Made by a program: the position numbers and the translations under genes | Source: Pseudomonas phage P7869 | Sequence record: PV173770.1 | Strand: one strand, 5' to 3' | Length of the DNA: 52,373 nucleotides | The notes under the pieces: generated by a model | Seen by the model: the letters and a program-made list of their open reading frames with translations, nothing else | The model's database searches: none | Told to the model about the DNA's origin: nothing | Shown here: in pieces, positions 9,203-18,517 of the stretch | Layout: every line of letters starts with the position of its first letter | Numbering within the stretch: the first letter of the stretch is position 1

Positions 9203-9816
9203 CGCACGCTTTGCCGCCTGTGTTGACCGACTGCCTGCTCTGGTCTGAAGAGCTTGGCATGGGCTTCCACCCGCGCCCTCCGATGGACTATAGCGGGCCG
9301 TATTTCGAGAAGTATCAGGTGCTTGACGCTACCCCGATGGGCGCCGCGCTGACCCAGGCCCGTATTGATCTGGTGCGCCGTCACTTTACCGGCCAAGTGG
9401 TAGACATCGGTATCGGCGGAGGCCGTTTCGTCACAGAGTCCGGCGCGATGGGCTTTGACGTGAATCAGGAAGCGGTGGCTTGGCTGAGGGCGCAGGAGCG
9501 CTACTACGACCCGTACCAGCACCACGCAGAGGCCGTGACCTGCTGGGACAGCCTGGAGCACATTCCCGAGCCGGAGAAGCTGCTCGACCATGTTGGCGAG
9601 TGGCTGTTCGTGTCGATGCCGATTTATAAGGATCAGGCTGACTGCCTGTCCTCCAAGCACTACAAGCCGGGTGAGCATATCTGGTACCACACGATGCACG
9701 GTTTGATCGGATGGTGCGAGCGTCAAGGTTTCGAATGTGTCGAGCTAAACGACCAGGAGTCGAAACTTGGCCGAGAAGGCATCACCAGCTTTGCGTTTCG
9801 GAGAGTCCATGGCTGA
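9199..9816 (+). CDS. Class I SAM-dependent methyltransferase (non-DNA type)
   Basis: Motif I VVDIGIGGGRF and post-I motif CWDSLEHIPEPEKLL, then LFVSMP. No DNA-methyltransferase motifs are visible. Confidence 0.65.
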   Translation: MTHALPPVLTDCLLWSEELGMGFHPRPPMDYSGPYFEKYQVLDATPMGAALTQARIDLVRRHFTGQVVDIGIGGGRFVTESGAMGFDVNQEAVAWLRAQERYYDPYQHHAEAVTCWDSLEHIPEPEKLLDHVGEWLFVSMPIYKDQADCLSSKHYKPGEHIWYHTMHGLIGWCERQGFECVELNDQESKLGREGITSFAFRRVHG

Positions 9817-10291
9817 TACCGTCGAATTCAGCATGACTGGGATGGATGAGGTCATCGAGAAGCTGAACCAGATGTCGCCGATGGTGAAGAAGAAAGGCGG
9901 CCGTCGTGCCCTGGCAAGAGCAGCCTCAATAGTCCGCGCTCAGGCGCGTCAGAATGCGAGAGGGATCGACGATAAAACCACTCGCGAGATGATCGCCAAG
10001 AACATTGCGATGCAGTGGATGACTAGGATGAATCGCCAGACGGGCGACCTTGGTTATCGAATCGGAGTCCGCGGCGGCGCTCGGGATATGAGCGAGTACG
10101 GAGAGCTCAGCGGTGAGGGTAGGAACAATCCAGGGGGCGATACCTGGTACTGGCGGCTAGTTGAGTTTGGCACAGAGAGAACTCGGGCGAAGCCTTTCAT
10201 GCGGCCAGCGCTTGAGAGCACCGTTCAGGAGGCAACAAATGCGTTTGCCATCGAACTCGAAAAGCAGATCGACAAAATTCTGGAGGGGTAA
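9809..10291 (+). CDS. HK97 gp10-like tail-component/head-tail joining protein
   Basis: WYWRLVEFGTERTRAKPFMRPA matches the HK97-gp10 family. Start refined to ATG 9809, which has a GGAGAG RBS. Confidence 0.65.
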   Translation: MADTVEFSMTGMDEVIEKLNQMSPMVKKKGGRRALARAASIVRAQARQNARGIDDKTTREMIAKNIAMQWMTRMNRQTGDLGYRIGVRGGARDMSEYGELSGEGRNNPGGDTWYWRLVEFGTERTRAKPFMRPALESTVQEATNAFAIELEKQIDKILEG

Positions 10292-10656
10292 TGTACCCGC
10301 CAATCTTTAAGGTCTGCTCAAGTAGTCCCGCTGTTACCGCGATTCTCGGTGCGTCCCCGCTGAGGATGTATCAGTTTGGCCTGGCCCCCCAGCTCGTCGT
10401 CAAGCCGTACGCAACATGGCAGACCATATCTGGATCGCCGGAGAACTACCTATGGGGGCGCCCTGACGCCGATGGGTTCACCCTCCAGGTGGACATTTTC
10501 TCAGCCACCGCTGCGGAAGCCAGAGATGCAGCAAAGGCCATCAGGGATGCAATTGAGCTTTCAGCCTATGTAGTCCGCTGGGGAGGGGAATCTGTTGATC
10601 CTGATACCAAGACCTACCGAGTCAGCTTTGACATCGACTGGATAGTCCAGCGATAG
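10291..10656 (+). CDS. Tail completion protein (HK97 gp11 / DUF3168-like)
   Basis: 121 aa in the conserved position before the major tail gene. Pattern MYPPIF...VVKPYATWQ...LQVDIFS fits. Confidence 0.6.
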   Translation: MYPPIFKVCSSSPAVTAILGASPLRMYQFGLAPQLVVKPYATWQTISGSPENYLWGRPDADGFTLQVDIFSATAAEARDAAKAIRDAIELSAYVVRWGGESVDPDTKTYRVSFDIDWIVQR

Positions 10657-10674
10657 ACCAACCAATACCGACAA

Positions 10675-10696
10675 CCCGCCTTGAGCGGGTTTTTTT
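10675..10696 (+). terminator. Intrinsic terminator (CCCGC-cttga-GCGGG + T7)
   Basis: Perfect hairpin followed by TTTTTTT between gp11-like and major tail genes. Confidence 0.65.
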
Positions 10697-10729
10697 GTGC
10701 TTCAAGAAACCCGCCACAGGAGAAACACA

Positions 10730-11251
10730 ATGGCAATTTTGGCTCAAGGAACTCAGATCTATGCGCTGGTTCCGTCCAGAGATTCTAGCGGCAGCCCGAC
10801 TGGTAACTACGAAGTCATCGAGGTCGAGTGCGCTACCGCCTTCAACCCCGGCGGCAACCCTGCCGACCAGATCGAAACCACATGCCTTAGCGAAACTGTT
10901 CGGCGCTACCTGCGCGGCCTGCGCACGCCGGGGCAGGCTTCGCTGACTCTCAACGCCGACCCGCGCAACAGTTCCCATATCCGCCTCTACCAACTGTCCG
11001 AGTCTGACGATCAGATCGACCAGGACATCGCTTTCGCGGTTGGCTGGTCTGACGGGATCGGCATTGCACCCACCGAGGCCCAGGACAGCAACGGCGACTG
11101 GGACTTTGTTCTGCCGCCGACGCGCACTTGGTTCGTCTTCCGCGGCTATGTGAGCGATTTCCCGTTCGATTTCGCAGCCAACGCTGTTGTCACTTCCACT
11201 GCAACCATTCAGCGCTCCGGCGGTTCCGCCTGGATTCGCAAATCCGCGTAA
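10730..11251 (+). CDS. Major tail (tube) protein
   Basis: 173 aa. AGGAG RBS 8 nt upstream of ATG 10730. Position between tail-completion and G/T chaperone genes supports the call. Confidence 0.7.
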   Translation: MAILAQGTQIYALVPSRDSSGSPTGNYEVIEVECATAFNPGGNPADQIETTCLSETVRRYLRGLRTPGQASLTLNADPRNSSHIRLYQLSESDDQIDQDIAFAVGWSDGIGIAPTEAQDSNGDWDFVLPPTRTWFVFRGYVSDFPFDFAANAVVTSTATIQRSGGSAWIRKSA

Positions 11252-11254
11252 GGA

Positions 11255-11620
11255 GTGGTCATGCATCTGTCGATTGATTCGCTTAAAGAAGCTGGTGCCT
11301 TCACTGGGGCTCCTATCGAAAAAGAGATCACCTGGAAGCAGGGCGATAAGGAACTGACCGCCACCGTCTACGTCCGGCCCCTGTCGTACAGCACCGCTGT
11401 CTCTGACCTCCTTGCGATGAATGGCAAGGTCGATGGCGTAGCAGGACGTATCGCTGCGTCAATCGTGGACGAAGAGGGCAGGCCGGTATTCACGCCGGCA
11501 GATATCACCGGCGAGGCTGATCCCGGTCGTGGCGCCCTGGATGGAAACCTGACCATCGCCCTGCTCACTGTGATCGCTGAGGTGAACAACCTGGGAAAGA
11601 CGACCAGCTCAGCGAACTAG
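11255..11620 (+). CDS. Tail assembly chaperone (lambda gpG-like)
   Basis: 121 aa immediately before the tape measure gene. Contains the GGGAAAG slippery heptamer 22 nt before its stop. Confidence 0.7.
   Translation: MVMHLSIDSLKEAGAFTGAPIEKEITWKQGDKELTATVYVRPLSYSTAVSDLLAMNGKVDGVAGRIAASIVDEEGRPVFTPADITGEADPGRGALDGNLTIALLTVIAEVNNLGKTTSSAN
11593..11599 (+). promoter_or_regulatory. -1 programmed ribosomal frameshift slippery heptamer G GGA AAG
   Basis: Identical to the lambda G/T slippery sequence. It is in the X XXY YYZ register of the G frame. The -1 frame stays open into ORF 11641..11898. Confidence 0.7.
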
Positions 11621-11898
11621 ATGAGGTTTGGCATGAGCTGGTGATGTGCGGGATTGGCGGAAGAACCATTGCGGAAGCCAAGTCTCGCCTCAGCTACAGG
11701 GAGTTCCTGAGCTGGTGCAAGTTCCGGGACAAGCGGGGGAGTCTCCATGTTGGCATGAGGGTAGAGCGCGGAGCAGCACTGCTCGCTGCGCTCTATGCAA
11801 ACTCACATAGCAAGGAGACGTACAAGCTGTACGACTTCATGCCGCATGAAGAAGAGCCCGTAATCAGTCTAGATCAGGCCCTTGAGACCTGGGCCTAG
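11599..11898 (+). CDS. gpT-like C-terminal extension of tail chaperone, expressed as G-T fusion via -1 frameshift
   Basis: The -1 frame has no stop from 11599 to 11898. Fusion reads ...NLGK|DDQLSELDEVWHELVMCGIGGRTIAEAK.... Confidence 0.6.
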   Translation, partial: DDQLSELDEVWHELVMCGIGGRTIAEAKSRLSYREFLSWCKFRDKRGSLHVGMRVERGAALLAALYANSHSKETYKLYDFMPHEEEPVISLDQALETWA

Positions 11899-11909
11899 TC
11901 CTTCGTTTT

Positions 11910-11932
11910 GCCCGGAGCGTTCCGGGCTTTTT
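11910..11932 (+). terminator. Terminator-like hairpin (GCCCGGA-gcgt-TCCGGGC + TTTTTC) between T and tape-measure genes
   Basis: Seen in sequence. Its location inside an otherwise contiguous tail operon is unusual and suggests attenuation. Confidence 0.45.
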
Positions 11933-11946
11933 CATTGGAGCCCGCA

Positions 11947-14397
11947 ATGGCATCACGCAGCCTGGGGACGCTTACGCTCGATCTCATCGCCAAGGTTGGC
12001 GGCTTCGTGGCCGGCATGGAGAAGGCCGAGCGCACAGCAAAGAAAGGTGCTAAGGAAATTGGCAGCGCCGCCGATGCCGCATCGCTGGCCTGGGGGAAGC
12101 TTGGTGAGGTCGCTGCGGGCGCCCTCTCAGGAATCACTGTTGGAGCAGTTTTCGGTGCAGTGATCAGAAACACCAAGCAGATGGAGAAAGAGCAGGCGCA
12201 ACTCGAAGCCGTTCTGCGCTCGACGGGAGAGTCTGCTGGTTTCAGCCGAGAACAGCTGAACGAAATGGCCTCGTCCATGGAGAGGACTAGCACTGTATCT
12301 GCCGGAGAAATCAACCAGGCACAGACCAACCTGCTGGCCTTCACTGGCATTGTTGGAGAGCAGTTTCCTCGCGCGCTTCAATCCGCCATTGACATGGCGG
12401 CGCGCACTGGAACTACTGTAACGTCCGCTGCCGAGACAATAGGTCGTGCCCTTGATGTTCCATCCAAGGGTCTTACCGCTCTGAGCAAACAAGGGTTTCG
12501 GTTTACAGAGGAACAGAAGAAAGCTGCTGAACAGCTTGAGGCAACTGGACGCACTGCTGAAGCTCAGGGAATTATTCTCAAAGCCCTTGAGGAGTCATAT
12601 GGGGGGGCTGCTGCGGCTTCGCGCGATACCTTTGGCGGGGCCCTCATGGCTCTGCAAAACACCATTGACGGACTGTTGACAGGAAGCGAAGGAAGTCTGG
12701 ACGGTGCCAAGGTTGCTATCGATGATCTCAATAGGGCATTGAGCGACCCCGCTACAGCGGAATCCGTCTCCAAACTTTTCGACCTGCTCGCGCAGGGAGC
12801 GTCAACCGTAGTTGATTCCTTGCCGTTCCTGATTGATGCGGGGGATGGCGTGGTGCGGGTATTCAGTATCGCGGCCGATGCCCTGGTAGGCGTTTTTGCC
12901 ACTGCGACCATGCACGCGCAGGGGCTGGCCGCCTCAATGTTCGAAACGCTTTCGCTGCTACCAGACGCCCTTGGCGGGGATGATTTCGCAGCTAGAGCTG
13001 CTGAATACCGCGCAAGTGCTGCCATAAATCTGGGAGTAGCCAAAGAGGCTGCTGACGGCATTCGAGACGCGCTTGAGCGACCTCTTGCTGGATCCGCTAT
13101 AGCAGATGCGGCCAGCAAGACGAAGGAGCTGAATAAGGCGAAGAAAGAGAGCAAGGATCTCGATGATGCAGCGATAAGCGCTGCTGCCAAAGTGGCTGGC
13201 GCAAGGAAAGAGGCCGAAGCTGCCGCAAAGCGTCAGCAGCAGGCGGTCGCCAGTCTTATTTCATCCATGCAACTGGAGGCTGCCACTGTTGGCATGACCG
13301 CCAACGAGCAGAAGCTTTACAGACTTCAATTGGACGGAGCAACTGCCTCTCAGTTAGCGCAGGCAAAGGCAGCCATTGAGACTGTCGAGTCCTTCAAGCA
13401 ACAACAGAATGCCCAGGAAGATTACAGGAAGCTGGTCCAAGACCTCAGGACTGACGAAGAGCGCCTGCTCGATACAACGAAAGAGCGCCTTGCTGTTCTT
13501 GACGCAATGCAGGGTCTGAGCGACGAGGAAAGAAATCGTGTCGCTTCGCGGATCGTGTCTGACTCGTTCTCTGCTCCGCCTTCTTTCGGTGGCGCAGACG
13601 CTGTAGTCGCTGGGCCTCAAGGTGAACTCGACAAGATCGACAAGGCAGAGGAAGAACTTGAGAAGTGGTATCAAACCCAACTCGATCTTCTGAATGCCAA
13701 TCGAGAGGCAAAAGCTGAATTGACTGCTCAATGGGATGAGCAGGAATTGAAGCTAAAGCAAGAACACGAAGATGCCCTAGCCGCTATTGAGCGGTCCCGT
13801 CAGCAGGTGACGTTGAGCGCCAATGAGCAGTTCTTTGGAAATCTGAGCGGCTTGGCCAAGAGCTTCTTCGGAGAGCAATCCGGCCTCTACAAGGCAGCAT
13901 TCGTTGCCGAGAAGTCATATGCGATAGCGAAGACCCTGCTGAACGCTCCAAAGACTGCGTCTGATGCCTATGCGGCCATGGCGGGAATTCCCGTCATTGG
14001 CCCAGCGCTTGGTATTGCAGCAGCGGCTGCTGCGGTTACAGCTCAGTTGGCACAGGTAGCAGCAGTGAAGAACGTCAATCTCTCTGGTCAGGCCCATGAC
14101 GGCATTATGTCCGTCCCTGAGGATGGGACCTGGAACCTCAAGAAGGGCGAGAGGGTAACGACGGCAGAGACAAGTGCAAAGTTAGACCGGACGCTTGATG
14201 ACGTACGGCGTAATCAGGCAAGCGCAGGCGCTCCAACCATAAACCTGATCGAGGACCGAAGCCGCGCGGGGCAGGTCAATACTCGCCGCCAGGATGACCA
14301 GTACATCATCGATGTTGTAGTGGCCGATCTATTCGGTGATGGCCGTTCGTCGAAAGCTATCGGAAGTTCGTTCGGTATTCGTAGGAGCGGCACATGA
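11947..14397 (+). CDS. Tail tape measure protein
   Basis: About 816 aa, Ala/Gln-rich and coiled-coil. Follows the G/G-T chaperones. Start refined to ATG 11947 (GGAG RBS) downstream of the hairpin. Confidence 0.85.
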   Translation: MASRSLGTLTLDLIAKVGGFVAGMEKAERTAKKGAKEIGSAADAASLAWGKLGEVAAGALSGITVGAVFGAVIRNTKQMEKEQAQLEAVLRSTGESAGFSREQLNEMASSMERTSTVSAGEINQAQTNLLAFTGIVGEQFPRALQSAIDMAARTGTTVTSAAETIGRALDVPSKGLTALSKQGFRFTEEQKKAAEQLEATGRTAEAQGIILKALEESYGGAAAASRDTFGGALMALQNTIDGLLTGSEGSLDGAKVAIDDLNRALSDPATAESVSKLFDLLAQGASTVVDSLPFLIDAGDGVVRVFSIAADALVGVFATATMHAQGLAASMFETLSLLPDALGGDDFAARAAEYRASAAINLGVAKEAADGIRDALERPLAGSAIADAASKTKELNKAKKESKDLDDAAISAAAKVAGARKEAEAAAKRQQQAVASLISSMQLEAATVGMTANEQKLYRLQLDGATASQLAQAKAAIETVESFKQQQNAQEDYRKLVQDLRTDEERLLDTTKERLAVLDAMQGLSDEERNRVASRIVSDSFSAPPSFGGADAVVAGPQGELDKIDKAEEELEKWYQTQLDLLNANREAKAELTAQWDEQELKLKQEHEDALAAIERSRQQVTLSANEQFFGNLSGLAKSFFGEQSGLYKAAFVAEKSYAIAKTLLNAPKTASDAYAAMAGIPVIGPALGIAAAAAAVTAQLAQVAAVKNVNLSGQAHDGIMSVPEDGTWNLKKGERVTTAETSAKLDRTLDDVRRNQASAGAPTINLIEDRSRAGQVNTRRQDDQYIIDVVVADLFGDGRSSKAIGSSFGIRRSGT

Positions 14398-14873
14398 AGC
14401 AGTACCCCAATATCTGCCCGCCTCAGCGCGAGGGCTACGGGTTCTCCCCCGTTAGCCCTCTAATCCGCACGGAGATGCAGACAGGCAGGGCTCGGCAGCG
14501 GCGCCACTTCACCGCTACTCCAACGATGGCAAGTGTCAGGTGGAGGCTTAACGACAGCGAGGCAATGCTGTTTGAGGCATGGTTTCGTGATGTTCTAGTG
14601 GATGGTTACCACTGGTTCGAATGCCCGCTAAAGACGCCGGAGACTCCTGATGGTTTGCGTGCGTATGCCGCCAGATTCACCGACATCTATGACGGTCCAA
14701 AGCTGGTCAGCGGCAGTATCTCGCTCTGGGATTTCACCGCCACACTGGAGTTGCGTGAGCGCCCCGTCATCGATGCTGGGTGGGCCGAGATTCTGCCCGA
14801 GTACATCCTCCTCGCTGACATCTTCGACATCGCGATGAACAGGGAGTGGCCTCGACATGGCGACGGCTCTTGA
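14394..14873 (+). CDS. Minor tail protein (lambda gpM-like position)
   Basis: 159 aa directly after the tape measure, overlapping it by 4 nt. Confidence 0.5.
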   Translation: MKQYPNICPPQREGYGFSPVSPLIRTEMQTGRARQRRHFTATPTMASVRWRLNDSEAMLFEAWFRDVLVDGYHWFECPLKTPETPDGLRAYAARFTDIYDGPKLVSGSISLWDFTATLELRERPVIDAGWAEILPEYILLADIFDIAMNREWPRHGDGS

Positions 14874-15348
14874 GCGGTTCTATGCCTCAGGCGGTGAGGA
14901 CCTGCAGCTCGCCACGATCGAGTTGTCATGCCCGGCGTGGCCGGAGCCTATCCTCATCTGCCAAGGCTATGACGACATCACCTGCATGACCGAAGACGGG
15001 CGGCTGCTGACGTTCATCGCCGGTGCGATCGACGTATCGATTCCGAAGCGAGACAACAGCGGAAACCAGAACGTCGGATTCGCAATCGACAACGTGACCG
15101 GATTCGCCCAGCAGCGTATCAACGAAGCCCTGGAGGCTGGCGAGTATGTGACCCTGATCCTGCGGATGTACCTGGAGAGCGATCTCACAGCGCCCGCTGA
15201 GCGGCCATACCGCATGAGGGTCAAGACGCCGGGTTTCGAGGGTCTCACTGTTCAGGTCGAGGCCGGTTACTACGACCTCATCAATACCGCCGCGTTGCGG
15301 CACATCTACAACGTCAGCGAGTTCCCTGGCCTCAAATACTGGCCCTGA
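14857..15348 (+). CDS. Minor tail protein L-like (DUF1833-type)
   Basis: DLQLATIELSCPAWPEPILICQGYDD...GFAIDNV pattern resembles the gpL N-terminal domain. Confidence 0.5.
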   Translation: MATALERFYASGGEDLQLATIELSCPAWPEPILICQGYDDITCMTEDGRLLTFIAGAIDVSIPKRDNSGNQNVGFAIDNVTGFAQQRINEALEAGEYVTLILRMYLESDLTAPAERPYRMRVKTPGFEGLTVQVEAGYYDLINTAALRHIYNVSEFPGLKYWP

Positions 15349-15352
15349 TCCC

Positions 15353-15760
15353 ATGCCGAACAGATACCTCACCGCCATCTATACCGAAGGCGGGCGGGCC
15401 CTGCCGTGCCTTGACTGCTGGGGCCTGACGCTCATAGCGCGGGTTGAGCTGTTCGGACTGCCGATGCTGACCAACTTCGGCGGTGTGACTCGACTCACCC
15501 CAGTTTCGATGCAGCGGGCGTGCGATACGGAGATCCAGCGCGCGCTTGAGCAGTGCGAGCCAGGGCCTGGGGTCATCGCTGCGGCCTACAGAGGGCGGCT
15601 GCTCGATCACGTAGGCCTGCTGGTCGAGGTAGATGGACGCCTGCGGGTTCTCGAAATCAATCCGGGGAGCGGGGTGTCGCTCACCCCGCTCCAGAAGTTC
15701 TCCGACAAATACTCCAAGGTGGTCTTCTACCGTGATCGAAATCTACCCATCGCTCCTTGA
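15353..15760 (+). CDS. Tail assembly protein K-like, NlpC/P60 peptidase domain
   Basis: CLDCWGL carries the catalytic Cys context of NlpC/P60. Lies between the L-like and J-like genes. Confidence 0.55.
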   Translation: MPNRYLTAIYTEGGRALPCLDCWGLTLIARVELFGLPMLTNFGGVTRLTPVSMQRACDTEIQRALEQCEPGPGVIAAAYRGRLLDHVGLLVEVDGRLRVLEINPGSGVSLTPLQKFSDKYSKVVFYRDRNLPIAP

Positions 15761-18455
15761 CGGAGAACCGCTGGAGCGGCATCCGATCGGCCGCAGGATG
15801 ACGATTCATGCCTGGCTGACCGCGAATTCGCCTGGGTACCGCTGCCACGATGTACACCCGTTCTCCATCGGCGTTGTCCCCGCTGAGGTTGCGCTCTGCG
15901 ATGACCTCACCGATAAGCAGAAAAAGGCGCATGAGGAGTTCGTCCACCCTGGCGAGTGGGCCGAGCGCATCATCGACCGCGGCGACATTGTTCGTATCTA
16001 CAAGCTGCCACGCGGGACTGATCCGTTCACGATCACCGCGGCACTGTTCAAAGGCGTCCAGTCGGCATTCCGGATGCTCATGCCGCAGTTGCCCGGCATG
16101 CCCACAAACCCGGGGCAGGGCGAGTCACTGGCAGACTCCAGTGCGCGCGGAAACAAAGTCAAGCTTGGCGATGCCATTCGTGAGGTTGCCGGCCGTCGCT
16201 TGATCTTCCCCGACTACATCCTGCCGCCCAGGAAGTATTTCGCTGGCCCGCGTGAGCAGTGGACCGAAATGCTGCTGTGCATCGGTCGTGGTCGGTTCCA
16301 GATCCAGGAAGGCGGCGTAAAGATCGGCGATACCACGTTCCTCGCGCTGGGCGCGGAAGCTTCGTTTCAGATTTTCGAGCCAGGCCAGAGTCTTGGTTCC
16401 CACCCATCCGCCATCTGGTGGCACTCCGCGCCGGAGGTGGGCGCTAGCTCGACAGGTAATGCTGGCCTGGAACTCACCGAGTCCTCGACGCTGACCCCGA
16501 ACCCAACCGCAACGACCTTCACGTTCTCGGGGAGCAACATCATTATCCCGTCTGGCGCCGGCTCGTTCCCGTCTGACTGGGTTGCCGGAACGATCCTGCG
16601 AGTAGAGGCGCAGTATCCGTACACCGTCGTCGACGGCGGTGGAAGCGCGCGCGACACGATCTCGGGCGATATCGCGCAGCTTGGCCTGTCTGTCGGGACT
16701 GAGATTCAGGTCGTCGGCGTTAACTCGGGGCTCTACGTCGTAAACACCGTCAACTCCACAAACCTCACGCTGAACTACGACAGCGGCGCCCCCGTAAATG
16801 CCCTGCAGGTGGGTGCCGGTGATGCCGCAATCGGTCTGCGCGGGCTCCGGTTCCGAATCACTGCGTACGGCGCCCAGCAGATCACCGTAGAGCGCCTGAC
16901 GTCTGCCGGGGCTACTGATCCAACCTGGCCAGGCTTCTCCCCGCTGAACTCCAGTACGTCGCGCATCACCGTTGATACCTCGAACTCCGAGGGAGGCTGG
17001 CGCGGCCCATTCCCTGCGTGCCCGGCGGGCGAGAAAACGAGCGTTGTCGAGTGGGATATCTTTTGCCCAAACGGGTTGATATTCATCGACCGCAAGGGCA
17101 ACCAAATCCCCTTGAGTGGCTACTACACGGTCCAGTACCGCGACATGGATATCGGTGGCGCATGGACCTCGCTCGACTATCAGCATAACGGAGCCACGCT
17201 CGACCAAATCGGGTTCACGACGCGCCTGAATCTCCCGTACGCCATGCGACCAGAGATCCGCATGCGGCAGCGATACCCCATCGGGAAGAACGAACTGGAG
17301 TTCCGCGACACGCTGCAATGGTACGGCCTACGTTCGCAGCTCCAGGCGCCGACCTCATACGCTGGCGTGACGGTGCTCGCGGTTCGGTATCGGTCCTCTG
17401 ATCGCATATCCGCACAGACCGAAAGCCGCGTCTCGGTAGAGGCTACCCGCATGCTACCGACTCGGCAGAACGGTGCATGGACACCCGAGATCGCAACGCG
17501 AGACATCGTCCCGTTCCTCTGCTACATCGCGAAGGAACGCGGCTATACCGATGCGGATCTCGATCTTGAGGAGCTCGATCGGCTGGATGCCATCTGGAAG
17601 TCCCGCGGCGACACGTTCGACATGATCTATGAGGACGGCAAGGTCACGGTGGCGCAGATCATGGACGACGTTCTTGCAGCCGGGTATGCTGAGAAGACCA
17701 TCAAACGCGGCGTGATCTCTGCGGCCAGAGACGAGCCCAGGACAACGTTCGGGCACATGTACTCGCCGCAGAACATGGATGGTCCGCTGAGGATCAGCAT
17801 CAGCGCTCCCTCGGAGGACGACTACGACGGTGTTGATGTGGAGTTCGTCAATGCCAACGGCTGGATCGAAGATACCGTCCAGTGCCGCCTGCCAGGGGAT
17901 GTCGGCAGGAAGGTCGAGAAAATCACGGCTGTCGGCGTCACAAACCGCGACCGAGCCTGGCGCTACGGGATGCGCCGCAGGATGGCACAGCGATACCGGC
18001 GAACCGAGTACTCGTTCGATACCGGACTCGACGCGCTGAACAGCGAGTTCTGGGATTACGTGGCTCTCGCCGGCGATGTCCCCGGCCCTGGCCTGGCGCA
18101 GAGCGCATACCTGAAATCGTTCGTGATCGCTGGAAACTCGGTCCTGATCGAGTCCAGCGAACCGCTCGACTGGTCGCTGCTGAACTCTCCAGCGTTGTAC
18201 CTGCGCCGCCCAGATGGAACGGTATCCGGCGGATACCCGGCATCTCGGATCGACGACTATCGGCTAAGCATTCCCAGCATCGATTTCGTCCCCGATGTTT
18301 CCTGGGAAATCGAACCGCCGCACCTGCTGCTGGGAAACCCATACCCGGCCCTGATCAGTTCCATCGATCCCAATGGCAATACCTCGGCATCCGTTCGTGC
18401 GGTGAACTACGACCCCAGGGTCTACACCTACGACAACGCCAGCGCCCCGAACTGA
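15732..18455 (+). CDS. Host specificity / central tail fiber protein (lambda J-like)
   Basis: About 907-aa ORF after the K-like gene. GTG 15732 is the likely start, since the longer frame overlaps the K-like gene. Confidence 0.6.
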   Translation: MIEIYPSLLDGEPLERHPIGRRMTIHAWLTANSPGYRCHDVHPFSIGVVPAEVALCDDLTDKQKKAHEEFVHPGEWAERIIDRGDIVRIYKLPRGTDPFTITAALFKGVQSAFRMLMPQLPGMPTNPGQGESLADSSARGNKVKLGDAIREVAGRRLIFPDYILPPRKYFAGPREQWTEMLLCIGRGRFQIQEGGVKIGDTTFLALGAEASFQIFEPGQSLGSHPSAIWWHSAPEVGASSTGNAGLELTESSTLTPNPTATTFTFSGSNIIIPSGAGSFPSDWVAGTILRVEAQYPYTVVDGGGSARDTISGDIAQLGLSVGTEIQVVGVNSGLYVVNTVNSTNLTLNYDSGAPVNALQVGAGDAAIGLRGLRFRITAYGAQQITVERLTSAGATDPTWPGFSPLNSSTSRITVDTSNSEGGWRGPFPACPAGEKTSVVEWDIFCPNGLIFIDRKGNQIPLSGYYTVQYRDMDIGGAWTSLDYQHNGATLDQIGFTTRLNLPYAMRPEIRMRQRYPIGKNELEFRDTLQWYGLRSQLQAPTSYAGVTVLAVRYRSSDRISAQTESRVSVEATRMLPTRQNGAWTPEIATRDIVPFLCYIAKERGYTDADLDLEELDRLDAIWKSRGDTFDMIYEDGKVTVAQIMDDVLAAGYAEKTIKRGVISAARDEPRTTFGHMYSPQNMDGPLRISISAPSEDDYDGVDVEFVNANGWIEDTVQCRLPGDVGRKVEKITAVGVTNRDRAWRYGMRRRMAQRYRRTEYSFDTGLDALNSEFWDYVALAGDVPGPGLAQSAYLKSFVIAGNSVLIESSEPLDWSLLNSPALYLRRPDGTVSGGYPASRIDDYRLSIPSIDFVPDVSWEIEPPHLLLGNPYPALISSIDPNGNTSASVRAVNYDPRVYTYDNASAPN

Positions 18456-18475
18456 CCCGCACACACAAAACCAGA

Positions 18476-18499
18476 GCCCGCCAATAGAGCGGGCTTTTT
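18476..18499 (+). terminator. Intrinsic terminator (GCCCGC-caataga-GCGGGC + T5)
   Basis: Hairpin and T-tract directly after the J-like stop. Confidence 0.6.
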
Positions 18500-18517
18500 C
18501 ATGCCCGGAGAATTTGC

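Noticed and set aside
15633-15731. Long N-terminal extension of the J-like ORF overlapping the K-like gene
   Set aside because: It overlaps the NlpC/P60 gene by about 130 nt. The GTG at 15732, just before the K-like stop, gives the usual coupled arrangement.
16125-17318. 397-aa minus ORF inside the J-like gene
   Set aside because: Antisense artefact of a GC-rich coding region.
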